Positions 1 through 10,490 of a stretch of DNA of 64,000 nucleotides are shown one piece after another. The DNA is from Clostridiales bacterium (GTDB taxonomy: Bacteria; Bacillota; Clostridia; Christensenellales; UBA1242). Every line of letters starts with the position of its first letter. The stretch's first letter is position 1. The stretch is from assembly GCA_015055745.1 (NCBI GenBank), contig SVHS01000003.1:129390-193389 (forward strand), given 5' to 3'. A program made the position numbers and the translations under genes. The notes below the pieces were generated by a model. That model had not been told where the DNA came from and searched no databases. It worked only from the letters and a program-made list of their open reading frames with translations.

Positions 1-536
1 GCATATGCTATAGCTTCACGTACTGTCTTGGTAGGATTTTGAGTACCTTTTTCAAATACATCTATTTGGATAGATTTACCCAAAACTTTTAGCTGATCTA
101 TTGCAGCTGGACGATAAATATCACAAGCTACTAATAGAGGTTTTTTACCTTCCTTTTTGAGTTTTAATGCCAACTTTCCGCAAAGAGTAGTCTTACCACT
201 ACCTTGCAAACCACACATCATTATGACTGTAGGAGGCTTTGGACTGACATTGAGTTTTTGATTTTCACCACCCATAAGAGCAGTCAATTCATCTCTTACA
301 ATCTTGATCACCTGCTGACCAGGAGTAAGGCTCTTTAGTATCTCTTCTCCTACTGCTTTTTCACTTACTTTTGCTATAAAATCTTTGGCTACAGAAAAGT
401 TTACATCTGCCTCAAGCAATGCAATACGTATCTCACGCATAGCTTCTTTTATCTCAAGTGAAGTAAGCTTGCCATGCTTTGTAAGCTTGCTAAAAATATG
501 ATTTAATCTCTCGCCTAAATTTGAAAATAATGCCAT
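1..536 (-). CDS. ffh: Signal recognition particle protein Ffh, N-terminal part; the gene runs off the left edge of the window
   Basis: Minus-strand translation from the ATG at 536-534 gives MALFSNLGERLNHIFSKLTKHGKLT...VIMMCGLQGSGKTTLCGKLA, which is the SRP54 N domain plus the GTPase G1 motif. It lies directly downstream of ylxM. It is absent from the ORF track because it is truncated. Confidence 0.9.
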   Translation of the reverse strand, partial: MALFSNLGERLNHIFSKLTKHGKLTSLEIKEAMREIRIALLEADVNFSVAKDFIAKVSEKAVGEEILKSLTPGQQVIKIVRDELTALMGGENQKLNVSPKPPTVIMMCGLQGSGKTTLCGKLALKLKKEGKKPLLVACDIYRPAAIDQLKVLGKSIQIDVFEKGTQNPTKTVREAIAY

Positions 537-537
537 T

Positions 538-846
538 CTAGTCCTCCAATAATGTAATCAAATGTATTTTAGTCATCATATCGATATTTGATTGTTCGAT
601 TTGATTTTTTATCTTTTCATCTCTTGCTATGAAATGCAATTTTTCTTCTGTATCTTTTAGTGCCTGCATAGCGTTATCTAGAGCGTCTTTTACTGCCTGC
701 CTGCTAATACCAAGCTCTTCACTCACCTCAGCTAAAGATAGATTGTTGTCTACATACATAGTCAAAATATTTTTTTGCTTATCAGTCAGCAAATTGCCAT
801 AATATTTAGATAAGATCGCTACTTGCACTCTTTCTTCTATATTCAC
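538..846 (-). CDS. ylxM: YlxM/UPF0122 helix-turn-helix protein of the SRP operon
   Basis: 102 aa with the HTH LSLAEVSEELGISRQAVKDAL. It has a GTG start 3 nt after the preceding stop and sits immediately upstream of ffh, as in other Firmicutes. Confidence 0.8.
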   Translation of the reverse strand: MNIEERVQVAILSKYYGNLLTDKQKNILTMYVDNNLSLAEVSEELGISRQAVKDALDNAMQALKDTEEKLHFIARDEKIKNQIEQSNIDMMTKIHLITLLED

Positions 847-849
847 TAT

Positions 850-1266
850 TTAATCCTTTAAATCTTTTATTATTTGTTCTTTAACTTCACTAGTAATGTC
901 TATTTTAGATAAAGTTGTGCCCTTTGGATAATCCAAATCCTTCCAAACTAAACCATACTTTTCAATTTCTTTATCATAACGTGGAATGACATGAAAATGT
1001 ACAAATTCTTCTTTCATCATCATCGCAACATAATTGAATTTAATTGCTCCATATAATGATTTTACTTTTTCTTCGTACCATTTACATAAAATTGGAAACT
1101 CCTCCATTTCTTCTTGCTGAAGTTCACCAAGTGTGGGACATTCTCTATTGCAAATTAGAATGCAATTACCAAGTGTCGTTGTACTCTCTCTAAAAATAAT
1201 AGACCAATATTTACCTTGTTTAATCATTAAATTTGGATTACTAAATCTTCCTGCAAATTCTAACAT
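850..1266 (-). CDS. HIT-superfamily-like protein with a degenerate histidine triad
   Basis: 138 aa. The motif EEFVHFHVIPRY resembles the HxHxHxx triad, but the first His is replaced by Phe. It is inserted between ftsY and ylxM. Confidence 0.5.
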   Translation of the reverse strand: MLEFAGRFSNPNLMIKQGKYWSIIFRESTTTLGNCILICNRECPTLGELQQEEMEEFPILCKWYEEKVKSLYGAIKFNYVAMMMKEEFVHFHVIPRYDKEIEKYGLVWKDLDYPKGTTLSKIDITSEVKEQIIKDLKD

Positions 1267-1275
1267 TATAAACTC

Positions 1276-2139
1276 CTACATTAAAATTTTATCTACAAAG
1301 CTCTCTGCATCAAAGACTGACAAATCGTCCACACCTTCTCCAAAGCCTGTGAAAATAATAGGTACATTGAGCTCATTGATAATAGGATACACTACTCCAC
1401 CCTTTGCTGTACCATCTAGCTTGGTAAGTATTATACCATCGATATCTACACTATCTTTAAATGCTTTAACTTGAGCAATAGAATTTTGACCGATAGACGC
1501 ATCAAGGACTATCAGATTTAACCTCTTTGCCTCAGGATACTCTCGACTAGCTACATTATTGATTTTTTCCAATTCTTTCATGAGATTGGTCTTTGTATGA
1601 AGTCTACCTGCTGTATCTACGATAAGCACGTCTGTATTTTTTGCTTTCATACTATGCACTGCATCAAACACTACTGCAGCAGAGTCTGCTCCCTCGCCTT
1701 GCTTTACTATCTTGGTTTTGAGTCTCTCTGCCCACATATTTAGCTGCTCAGTAGCTGCTGCACGGAAAGTATCTCCTGCAGCAAGCAATACAGACTTTTT
1801 CTCCCTGATAAAGTACTTGGTCATCTTGGCAATAGACGTAGTCTTACCTACGCCATTGACTCCCACGACTGTGATGATGAGAGGATATGAAAACTCGACT
1901 TTTTGAGCGTTTAGCTTTGAGATGAGTAGATTCTTTAACTCTACCTGTGCTGAGTCTGCGTCCTTTATGAGCTTTTGCTTACATACTAGTCTTAGCTCGT
2001 CCATGATATCCAAAGCAGTCTCCACACCCATATCACTAGATACAAGCACGCTCTCTAGCTCATCATAAAAGTCATCATTTAGCTCTGTCTTTTTAAATGT
2101 ATATTTTAATTTTTCAAAGAATTTTTTGAATATTCCCAT
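1276..2139 (-). CDS. ftsY: Signal recognition particle receptor FtsY
   Basis: GVNGVGKTT (G1), DTAGR and TKLDG motifs are present. The start is set at the ATG at 2139, preceded by a GAGGAG RBS; the ORF-track start at 2157 is an upstream TTG. Confidence 0.93.
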   Translation of the reverse strand: MGIFKKFFEKLKYTFKKTELNDDFYDELESVLVSSDMGVETALDIMDELRLVCKQKLIKDADSAQVELKNLLISKLNAQKVEFSYPLIITVVGVNGVGKTTSIAKMTKYFIREKKSVLLAAGDTFRAAATEQLNMWAERLKTKIVKQGEGADSAAVVFDAVHSMKAKNTDVLIVDTAGRLHTKTNLMKELEKINNVASREYPEAKRLNLIVLDASIGQNSIAQVKAFKDSVDIDGIILTKLDGTAKGGVVYPIINELNVPIIFTGFGEGVDDLSVFDAESFVDKILM

Positions 2140-2195
2140 TATCTTCTCCTCATACAATATTTAGCACATAAAATACGAAATATACACTAGGTATA

Positions 2196-5100
2196 TTAAT
2201 TCGTATCTACTATCTTGGCAGCGTCTGCAAGCTTTACTGACACTATCTTGCTGACACCTTTTTCTTCCATTGTGACACCGTACAATGCGTCCACTACTTC
2301 CATAGTAGGCTTACGGTGAGTGATGACGATAAACTGAGTCTCGTCACTAAATCTCTTTAGATATTTTGCATATCTATCAATATTTGCATCATCTAGCGCT
2401 GCCTCTATCTCGTCTAAGAAACAGAATGGCATTGGCTTTAATTTTAAGATAGCAAATAAGATAGCTATCGCTGTCATAGTCTTTTCACCACCACTGAGTA
2501 GTGTGATATTTGACAATACTTTACCTGGTGGCTGAGCTATAATCTCCACACCTCTAGTGAGTGGGTCTTCGCTAGGTAATAGCTCTAATCTAGCATTACC
2601 GCCACCAAATAGCTCTTTGAAGACTTTTGTAAAGTTTTCTTGAATCTTGACAAACTCAGCATCGAATTTTTCTAACATTTCAGCTGACAAATCTTTAATA
2701 ATCTTGACAGCATCTTCCTCTGCCTGACGAAGATCTTCTATCTGAGTATTCATTTCTTCGTATCTCGCGCCTTCAGTCTTATACTCTTCTATCGCATTGA
2801 TATTGACATATCCTAATCCTGTAATCTGCGCCTTGATACGACTGATCTGAGTCATGGTATCTTTGATATCAAAGTTTTCGTCCTGAGTCTTGTATGGCAA
2901 GCAGTCACTATATGTCATCTCGTATTCTTCGTAAATACGCTCCTGCATATTCTCGATATCAATATCTACTTTTTGAAGTCTAGTCTCTTCTTGATAAATC
3001 TTGTTGTTTAATTTAGCGATATCGTTTGAAAGGACTGTCTTCCTATCGTCCAAATCTTTTAGTTCTTTCATAAGACTTTGTTTGAAGTCATCAAACTGAG
3101 CTAATTTATTATTTAGCTCGTCCAATTGCTGCTGGATTTTAGCTACTTCGCTAGTGTCTTCTTTTGATTTGTTTAGATTGATAGCTTCATCATAAATCTT
3201 TTGCTGGCTAGATAGCTCTTGATCTATCCTTTCGATATTTTTCTTGATATTTTCGATCTCTTGATGATTTGACTCTATATCTCGATTTAATGAATTGATC
3301 TTTTCCTCTGTAGAAGCAATCTTTACCTTAGAAGCAGTCAAAATCTCTTGATACTCTTCTCTCTTTTGCTTTAGCATTTCGTAGGCATTTTTATTGTTTG
3401 CATTGTATTCGTTTACTTTTGCTTGAGATGCATTGTAATCAAGCTCTGTCTGGTCGATAGAGTTTATCTTACTATCGAGATCCTTTACAATATTCTCAGC
3501 GATATTTAGCTGGCTCTTGATAGAAAATATCTCTTCTTCTACATCTGACAAATTTTCTTTTATGTTCTCTAGCTTGGTATTATTTGTGTAAAAATCATTG
3601 TTTGTAGTCTGCAAGACTGCATTTTCGTTATTCACTAGAGTCTTTAGTTTCAATATTTCTTCATTTAAAGATGAGTATTCCTTATTTGCAGTATCCAGCT
3701 CTTTAGATTTGTCTTCTATATTTTTCTTTAGGGCTTTGATTTCATTTTCTTTACTGAGGAGTGAGCTATCATTGCTCTTTTTGCTACCACCAGACATACT
3801 ACCCTGTGGTGACAACACATCTCCCTCTAATGTCACTATCCTAAATGAATAGCCACTAGCTTTGGCTAAAGCTACTGCATTGTCTAAGTCATCACACACC
3901 ACAGTCGCACCTAATAAACTATCTATGACAGGTCTATACTGACTATCAGTATTTACTAGCTCACTAGCCACACCTAAGCAACCTTTGTTTGACAAGAATT
4001 TCCTATCACTAGCACTGATACTCCTAGGCTTCACTGCACTGATAGGCAAGAATGTCGCACGACCTAACTTTGACTCTTTTAGATAATTGATAAGTACTTT
4101 TGCGTCGTTTTCGTCCTTAGTGACAATATTTTGGATACTGCCACCCAATGCAATCTCTATAGCTGTCTGATATCTACTATCAACAGTGATGATATTGCCT
4201 ACTACACCTTTGATAGCGTTATTTAGAGTAGGGTTTTTCTTACCATCTTGTAGTAGTCTTTTCACTGCAAACTGATAACCCTCAAAATCGGCCTGTAGAT
4301 TGATAAGGATATTCATTCTATTTGTATCATTTGAAATGCTAGATTTGAGAGCATATATCCTATTGTTTAGGTCTTCTAACTCAGTATTGATACTAACTAG
4401 TTTTTCTATAGTCTTAGCGATACTTGACTCTTTTTGGTCTTTGTTTGACTTTAGGTATTTTACTACCTTTTCGAGCTGGTCATACTCTCGCTGTAGAGTC
4501 TCCTGCTCACTCTCAAGAGATGATAATTTTTCTTTATCAGCCTTGATATTTTCTGCCATGGTATCGCGCTTTGCGATATATGCAGATAGATTTGCCTTGA
4601 TGTCAGTGAGCTTTGAAAGATTGTCGATGATATTTCGTTGGTTTTCTTCTTTTTCTCCTTCGCTCTTGGTAAGCTCATCTATAAGCTCCATGTACTTATT
4701 GGCAATATCTTGAGATTCTTTATGATAAGCTGTGAGCTTGCTTTGCTCATCGTCTCTAAGAGCCTCAGCTGATGATAATAATGCTGTACGTTGATTTAAG
4801 TCTAATGTGTAAGCATTTAATTGAGCTGTAAGTCTATCTAATTGTTCCTTTAGATATCTAGTCTGCTCGTTTAGAAGACGGCTATCACTCTGACGCTTTT
4901 CTAATGCGACAGTATGTATTAGCACCTGCTCATGCAATTCACTAGCTTTTCTATCTAGCTGATTGATTTCATTCAATGACTTGTCATATTTGGCTTGCTC
5001 TGTCTCCATAGTATTGGTCAAAATATTGAGATTGTCTCTATAGCCAGTGAGTTTCTCATTGATATCCTGCTTGGTCTGAGCTGCATGGTCATATTGGTAG

Positions 5101-5795
5101 ATATAGGCATTGATTTCGTTTTGTTTCAATACATCTCTTAGCTCGAGATATTTTTTAGCATCTTCGCTCTGTCTCTTGAGAGGTCCAAGTCTTCTCTCTA
5201 CTTCATTTAAAATATCGCTAGCTCGGCTGAGATTGTCTCTCACTCTCTCTAGACGGTTTTCTGTCTCTACTTTCCTAGCTTTGTACTTCGCTATACCTGC
5301 AGCTTCTTCGAAAATGGCACGCCTCTCCTCTGGCTTGGACTGGATAATCTCCTCTACTCGTCCTTGTCCGATGATAGAATATCCATCTTTACCGATACCG
5401 CTATCGTATAAGATATCACGAATATCTTTTAACCTACAAGGCTTGCGATTGATCATGTATTCACTCTCGCCACTACGATACAATTTACGAGTGAGTACTA
5501 CCTCATCGTATTCGATATTGAACCATTTTTGAGTATTGTCAAAGACTAGTGACACTTCGCAATAGCTAAGCTTCTTTCTCTTCTCAGTACCAGCAAAAAT
5601 AACATCTTGCATACTCTTACCACGCAAGGCTTTACTACTCTGCTCACCCAATACCCAACGGATCGCGTCACTAACATTTGACTTTCCACAACCATTCGGA
5701 CCTACGATAGCAGTGATACCACCGTCAAAATTGATGTGTGTGGTGTCTGCAAACGACTTGAATCCCGTCATTTCGATTTCTTTAAATGTAATCAT
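2196..5795 (-). CDS. smc: Chromosome segregation protein SMC
   Basis: 1199 aa with Walker A GPNGCGKSN, long coiled coils, a central hinge, the LSGGEKTMTAIA signature and Walker B FCFLDEIEAALD. Confidence 0.95.
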   Translation of the reverse strand: MITFKEIEMTGFKSFADTTHINFDGGITAIVGPNGCGKSNVSDAIRWVLGEQSSKALRGKSMQDVIFAGTEKRKKLSYCEVSLVFDNTQKWFNIEYDEVVLTRKLYRSGESEYMINRKPCRLKDIRDILYDSGIGKDGYSIIGQGRVEEIIQSKPEERRAIFEEAAGIAKYKARKVETENRLERVRDNLSRASDILNEVERRLGPLKRQSEDAKKYLELRDVLKQNEINAYIYQYDHAAQTKQDINEKLTGYRDNLNILTNTMETEQAKYDKSLNEINQLDRKASELHEQVLIHTVALEKRQSDSRLLNEQTRYLKEQLDRLTAQLNAYTLDLNQRTALLSSAEALRDDEQSKLTAYHKESQDIANKYMELIDELTKSEGEKEENQRNIIDNLSKLTDIKANLSAYIAKRDTMAENIKADKEKLSSLESEQETLQREYDQLEKVVKYLKSNKDQKESSIAKTIEKLVSINTELEDLNNRIYALKSSISNDTNRMNILINLQADFEGYQFAVKRLLQDGKKNPTLNNAIKGVVGNIITVDSRYQTAIEIALGGSIQNIVTKDENDAKVLINYLKESKLGRATFLPISAVKPRSISASDRKFLSNKGCLGVASELVNTDSQYRPVIDSLLGATVVCDDLDNAVALAKASGYSFRIVTLEGDVLSPQGSMSGGSKKSNDSSLLSKENEIKALKKNIEDKSKELDTANKEYSSLNEEILKLKTLVNNENAVLQTTNNDFYTNNTKLENIKENLSDVEEEIFSIKSQLNIAENIVKDLDSKINSIDQTELDYNASQAKVNEYNANNKNAYEMLKQKREEYQEILTASKVKIASTEEKINSLNRDIESNHQEIENIKKNIERIDQELSSQQKIYDEAINLNKSKEDTSEVAKIQQQLDELNNKLAQFDDFKQSLMKELKDLDDRKTVLSNDIAKLNNKIYQEETRLQKVDIDIENMQERIYEEYEMTYSDCLPYKTQDENFDIKDTMTQISRIKAQITGLGYVNINAIEEYKTEGARYEEMNTQIEDLRQAEEDAVKIIKDLSAEMLEKFDAEFVKIQENFTKVFKELFGGGNARLELLPSEDPLTRGVEIIAQPPGKVLSNITLLSGGEKTMTAIAILFAILKLKPMPFCFLDEIEAALDDANIDRYAKYLKRFSDETQFIVITHRKPTMEVVDALYGVTMEEKGVSKIVSVKLADAAKIVDTN

Positions 5796-5903
5796 CTGTA
5801 TTCCCCAAAATAAAATTTTATGAGTATATTATAGCAAAAAACAGATAAAACCCAAAACGATTTGAGCCCAAATATAAAATATTTGACAAAGAAAAAATCC
5901 ACT

Positions 5904-7874
5904 TTATGATTGTGGATTCTCTAATAATTGCAATAGCTCTGCCTCCTCAACGATGCGTATGCCGAGCTGTTTTGCTTTATCAAGCTTGCTACCTGCTTTT
6001 TCTCCCGCTATGACCATATCCGTCTTCTTACTTACACTACTGGTCACATTTGCGCCTAAATTTGATAGTATTTTACTGAGGTCATTTCTATCATAACTTT
6101 GCAAAGTACCTGTCAATACTACTGTTTTATTTGAAAAAGGTGTATTTTGCTTGATTTCAGCAGGTTGATTTATCTTAACCCCTGCCTCGAATAATCTATA
6201 AATATTATGAATATTGTCTGGATCATTGAAATAATCGTGAATGCTATTCGCCACTATTTCACCAACATCATCGATATTGGTAAGCTCCTCTATCGTAGCA
6301 AATCTAATATCTTCGATGGTATTAAATTTCTTACTAAGTACAAAAGCAGTCTTTTTACCAATATTCATGATACCGAGTGAGAATATAAAATTTGACCAAT
6401 CAATATTTTTACTCTTTTCTATACTATCAAGAAGATTATTTATCTTTTTATCTTTAAAACCATCTAATCCCTCTAACATTTCTGGAGTCAAGCTATATAA
6501 TTCATATGGATAAGCGATATGATATCTATTATGCAAAGCCACCAAAGTCTTGTCCCTCAACCCCTCGATATTGGCCGCATCTCGAGAAGCAAAGTGTGTC
6601 AGTCTATCTATGATTTGCTCTCTACAACCTTTATGATTGGTACAGAATAAATTGGCACCTATCGTCACCAATCTACTCTCACAACTAGGACAGTGTGTGG
6701 GTGGTATGATATCTGTAGCGTATGGAGATTTTTCGGCCAAACCCATAACCTCAGGAATCACTTCATTGCTACGGCGGACAAAAATCCTACTACCGATACT
6801 AATCTGCTTCCTCTCTATATCTTGTGTGTTATTTAGTGTAGCTCTACCTACTGTAGCACCACTAAGCTCTATAGGGTCAAGGATAGCTATAGGTGTAATC
6901 TTGCCAGTGCGACCGACCTGCCACACGACATCTAATAGCTTGGTAGACAGCTCTACCGGCTTAAATTTCCACGCTATAGCCCACTTTGGAAATTTGTTGG
7001 TATAGCCGATATCTTCTCTCACTGAGCAGTCATTGACCTTGACTACCATACCGTCTATCATGACATCAAGGTCATCTTTTAGACTATCGACCTTTTCTAT
7101 CTCTTCTTTCAATCCTGCAAAATCTTTTAGGACATAAAAATATGTATCAGTCTTAAAATCATTTTGTCTAATAAAGTCATTCATCTCACGCTGAGTCTTG
7201 AAGCTATGATTTTCTGCATACAAGACATCATAGCAAAAGAAATCTAGTTTACGTTTTTCTGTCTCTTTTGGGTCTAGATTCCTAACAGCACCTGCGACAC
7301 CATTACGAGGATTTTTGAGTGGTATCTCGGCTGTCTTGTTGTATTCTCTAAATGCTTTATTGGTCATCATACATTCGCCTTGTACTACCAATCTACCCTT
7401 GAAAGAAATATTGAGTGGTACGCTTTTGATAGTACGCACCTGTGTAGTCACATCTTCACCGATAGCACCATTACCACGAGTAGTAGCTTGAAAATATTTG
7501 CCATCACGATACTCAATGACTACCTTTAATCCGTCATATTTGTACTCAATAGAAAAATCTAGATTCTCATTTTGAGTATCCTTACACATATCTTTGAGCC
7601 ATTTTTCTAAGTCTGCAAAATCTTTCACTTTGTTTAGACTATATAGCGGAAATTCGTGCTTATGCTTTTTAAACTCCGCCAATACGACATCTCCTACTCT
7701 ACTAGTGGGAGAGTCTGGCAAAGAATAACCTAGCTCTTGCTCTAGGTCTACTAGCTCATAATATAGCGCATCGTACTCTGCATCTGAAATGGTGGGAGTA
7801 TCGTATACATAATAATTTTTATTATGTTTGTTGACCTCCGCCACCAGCCATTTCATGCGGTCTAATTTGTCCAT
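5904..7874 (-). CDS. ligA: NAD-dependent DNA ligase LigA
   Basis: Adenylation motif EYKYDGLKV, a 4-Cys zinc finger (CPSCESRLV...CTNHKGC), HhH repeats and a C-terminal BRCT-like region. The start is set at MDKLDRMKW (ATG 7874), 1 nt after the pcrA stop; the ORF-track start at 7901 would overlap pcrA. Confidence 0.92.
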   Translation of the reverse strand: MDKLDRMKWLVAEVNKHNKNYYVYDTPTISDAEYDALYYELVDLEQELGYSLPDSPTSRVGDVVLAEFKKHKHEFPLYSLNKVKDFADLEKWLKDMCKDTQNENLDFSIEYKYDGLKVVIEYRDGKYFQATTRGNGAIGEDVTTQVRTIKSVPLNISFKGRLVVQGECMMTNKAFREYNKTAEIPLKNPRNGVAGAVRNLDPKETEKRKLDFFCYDVLYAENHSFKTQREMNDFIRQNDFKTDTYFYVLKDFAGLKEEIEKVDSLKDDLDVMIDGMVVKVNDCSVREDIGYTNKFPKWAIAWKFKPVELSTKLLDVVWQVGRTGKITPIAILDPIELSGATVGRATLNNTQDIERKQISIGSRIFVRRSNEVIPEVMGLAEKSPYATDIIPPTHCPSCESRLVTIGANLFCTNHKGCREQIIDRLTHFASRDAANIEGLRDKTLVALHNRYHIAYPYELYSLTPEMLEGLDGFKDKKINNLLDSIEKSKNIDWSNFIFSLGIMNIGKKTAFVLSKKFNTIEDIRFATIEELTNIDDVGEIVANSIHDYFNDPDNIHNIYRLFEAGVKINQPAEIKQNTPFSNKTVVLTGTLQSYDRNDLSKILSNLGANVTSSVSKKTDMVIAGEKAGSKLDKAKQLGIRIVEEAELLQLLENPQS

Positions 7875-7875
7875 T

Positions 7876-10086
7876 CTAATCCTTGAATTCGATAGGAGCA
7901 TACTCTAGAGAAAGCATCTTCTCTCCTACCACGTCAAACTTTATCTTGACACAATGATTGCTACTATTAGGTGTAATCTCAGTAATCTCTCCCTCTCCAA
8001 ACTTTGGATGTACAACCTTGGCACCTAACTTAATCTTTGAGAAATCAATAGTCTTCTTTTCTACTGTATCCTTGCTAAATGTATAATTGAATGATTTGTT
8101 GTTGTTTGATTGTAATGTATTCATATTCCCTCCGTCATAATTTTTATAAGTATTGTAATTATTGTATGATTTATATCCTGAATTTATTTGTGTCCTCTCT
8201 GGTACTAAGCCTAACTCTCTAATAAATCTAGACTTGACAGGATAATCACGCTTGCCATACATAAATCTAGAGCTAGCACTAGTCATGAATAAATCTTTTT
8301 TAGCTCTGGTGACTGCCACATACATTAGTCTACGCTCTTCTTCGAGCTCGGTATTGTTTTCTCTAGAGATAGGGAAAATCTTTTCTTCACACCCTACTAC
8401 AAAGACCGTATCAAACTCCAAGCCTTTCGCTCCATGTACTGTAGCGATGACCACTCCTTTACCGTCATCTGAATCCATAGCACTAGACAATGTGACAGAC
8501 TCTAGATAATCCACTATCGTAGCATCTGGATTGAGCTTTTCGTACTCTATGATATCTTTTGTGAGTGAGTCGATATTTAGTCTCCTTTCTTTTTCTTTCT
8601 CATCAGTAATATCAAAAGAATTTAATATCTGAGTCTCATCTAGCATATAGGTAAAAAATTCACTCATTCCGTATTCTGTCATCTTTTCTTGTAGATTGAG
8701 TAAAATCTCTTTCAAGCCTTTTAACTTATCTTTCAAAGCCTTAGGTAAGATTTCGTCCTCATAGTGTAGCACTACTTCCTTGAGATTTATCCTATTTCTT
8801 AGTGCTATCTCATTTAATTTTTCTATACTCGTCTCACCTATGCCACGCTTTGGAAAGTTTATGATTCTCTGGAAGCTAATATTGTCATCAGGATTGACTA
8901 TAGCTGTGAGATATGCTAGCACATTCTTGATCTCTTGACGCTCAAAAAATTTGAAGCCATTGTACATGATATGTGGGATATTGTATGCCAATAATTTCTT
9001 TTCAAACTCTAGAGAAAGTGAGTTTAGCCTCATGAGGATAGCCATCTCATTGTACGGCACACCATGATTGTGCATAGTGATAATATTTCTCACAACATAA
9101 TCCGCCTCGTCTGTCTCATTTTGAGCTTGATAATAGGTGACATCTGTACCCTCGTCATTCTCGGTAAAAAGTACTTTATCTAGACGACTTTGATTATTTT
9201 TTATAATCTTATTTGCATGCTCGAGTATCTTTTTTGTACTACGATAATTTTGCTCTAGCTTGAAGACTTTAGCATCTGGAAAGTCTTTTGTAAAATTGAA
9301 TATATTGTCAATATTAGCTCCACGCCAACCATATATAGACTGATCTTCGTCTCCTACGATAAGGATATTTCGAGTCTTGGAAGCTAATAATTTTACTATA
9401 TCGTACTGTAATTTGTTGGTATCTTGAAATTCGTCTACACTAAAGTAATGATATCTATTTTGGATACTCTCTAAAATATCCGCATTGGTAGTAATGAGCT
9501 TGTAAAAATTGATAAGCAAGTCATCAAAATCCATAGCATTATTTTTCTTTAACTCCTCATCATAAGCTATGAAAAATTTTTTAAATACATCAATATCTTT
9601 ATCGTAGCTATATATCTTCGAAAATTCGTCAAGTGACATATTTTCATTTTTGATAGTAGATAAATTGTGCTTGAAATTACACTTAGTAGTCTCGTCATCT
9701 ATCTCAAAGCGCTTAAATAAATCTTTGTATATCTTAGCCGTGTCAGTGTCGCTAAATATGGTGAAATTTTCTTTATATCCTGGAATGAAGCTAGCATATG
9801 AGCGTAGCATTCTAGCACAAAAGCTATGAAAGGTACACACGGTCACCATATCGCCATTTGGTGCAATCTTGACTATCCTATCCTTCATCTCGCCAGCTGC
9901 TTTGTTGGTAAATGTGATAGCTAATATCTTCTGAGCAGGGACACCGCACTCTGTGATGAGATACGCTATCCTATAGGTCAAAAGTCGAGTCTTACCACTA
10001 CCAGCACCTGCGCTGACCAACACCGGACCATCTGTAGTCACTACAGCGTCGTATTGTTCTTTATTTAGCAAAGTCTTGTAATCCAT
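7876..10086 (-). CDS. pcrA: ATP-dependent DNA helicase PcrA/UvrD
   Basis: AGAGSGKT Walker A, VDEFQDTN motif II, and a Tudor-like C terminus (VVHPKFGEGEI). The start is set at MDYKTLL (ATG 10086) with GGAG 7 nt upstream. Confidence 0.92.
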   Translation of the reverse strand: MDYKTLLNKEQYDAVVTTDGPVLVSAGAGSGKTRLLTYRIAYLITECGVPAQKILAITFTNKAAGEMKDRIVKIAPNGDMVTVCTFHSFCARMLRSYASFIPGYKENFTIFSDTDTAKIYKDLFKRFEIDDETTKCNFKHNLSTIKNENMSLDEFSKIYSYDKDIDVFKKFFIAYDEELKKNNAMDFDDLLINFYKLITTNADILESIQNRYHYFSVDEFQDTNKLQYDIVKLLASKTRNILIVGDEDQSIYGWRGANIDNIFNFTKDFPDAKVFKLEQNYRSTKKILEHANKIIKNNQSRLDKVLFTENDEGTDVTYYQAQNETDEADYVVRNIITMHNHGVPYNEMAILMRLNSLSLEFEKKLLAYNIPHIMYNGFKFFERQEIKNVLAYLTAIVNPDDNISFQRIINFPKRGIGETSIEKLNEIALRNRINLKEVVLHYEDEILPKALKDKLKGLKEILLNLQEKMTEYGMSEFFTYMLDETQILNSFDITDEKEKERRLNIDSLTKDIIEYEKLNPDATIVDYLESVTLSSAMDSDDGKGVVIATVHGAKGLEFDTVFVVGCEEKIFPISRENNTELEEERRLMYVAVTRAKKDLFMTSASSRFMYGKRDYPVKSRFIRELGLVPERTQINSGYKSYNNYNTYKNYDGGNMNTLQSNNNKSFNYTFSKDTVEKKTIDFSKIKLGAKVVHPKFGEGEITEITPNSSNHCVKIKFDVVGEKMLSLEYAPIEFKD

Positions 10087-10192
10087 AAATACTCCAATAA
10101 AAAAATAATATTTGCTCACCTGCTACGACAAATAATATTTTCATGGTTATTATACCAAATAAAAAATATAAACGCAAATGTTTGTGAAAATT

Positions 10193-10219
10193 AAATAAAA
10201 AAAACTGTCATATGACAGT
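10193..10219 (-). terminator. Intrinsic terminator after rpsU
   Basis: 7-bp stem ACTGTCA/TGACAGT (10204-10219) followed on the minus strand by a U-run (plus-strand A-run 10193-10203). Confidence 0.7.
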
Positions 10220-10227
10220 CTTTATCT

Positions 10228-10416
10228 CTAATAACGAGATTTCTTAGCAGCGCGCTTGCGAGCAGCCTTTTGCTTCTCTTTCTTTGCTACGCTTGGCTTC
10301 TTGTACTCTTGTTTCTTCTTCAAATCACCGATAATGCCATCTTTTTGACATTTACGCTTGAAACGCTTTAATGCGCTCTCGACTGATTCATTCTCTCCAC
10401 AACGAACAGTAGTCAC
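10228..10416 (-). CDS. rpsU: 30S ribosomal protein S21
   Basis: ENESVESALKRFKRK...KPSVAKKEKQKAARKRAAKK is typical of S21. The start is set at the GTG at 10416, 9 nt downstream of AGGTGG; the ORF-track start at 10425 abuts the RBS. Confidence 0.9.
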   Translation of the reverse strand: MTTVRCGENESVESALKRFKRKCQKDGIIGDLKKKQEYKKPSVAKKEKQKAARKRAAKKSRY

Positions 10417-10451
10417 TCTTTTCACCCACCTTTGTTTTCAAAATTCAATTA

Positions 10452-10480
10452 ATTATACATGAAAAATATGCTATTGTCAA
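10452..10480 (-). promoter_or_regulatory. Consensus sigma-A promoter of rpsU (TTGACA-17-TATAAT)
   Basis: The minus strand reads TTGACA (10480-10475), a 17-nt spacer, then TATAAT (10457-10452). Confidence 0.75.
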
Positions 10481-10490
10481 GAGATTTGGT

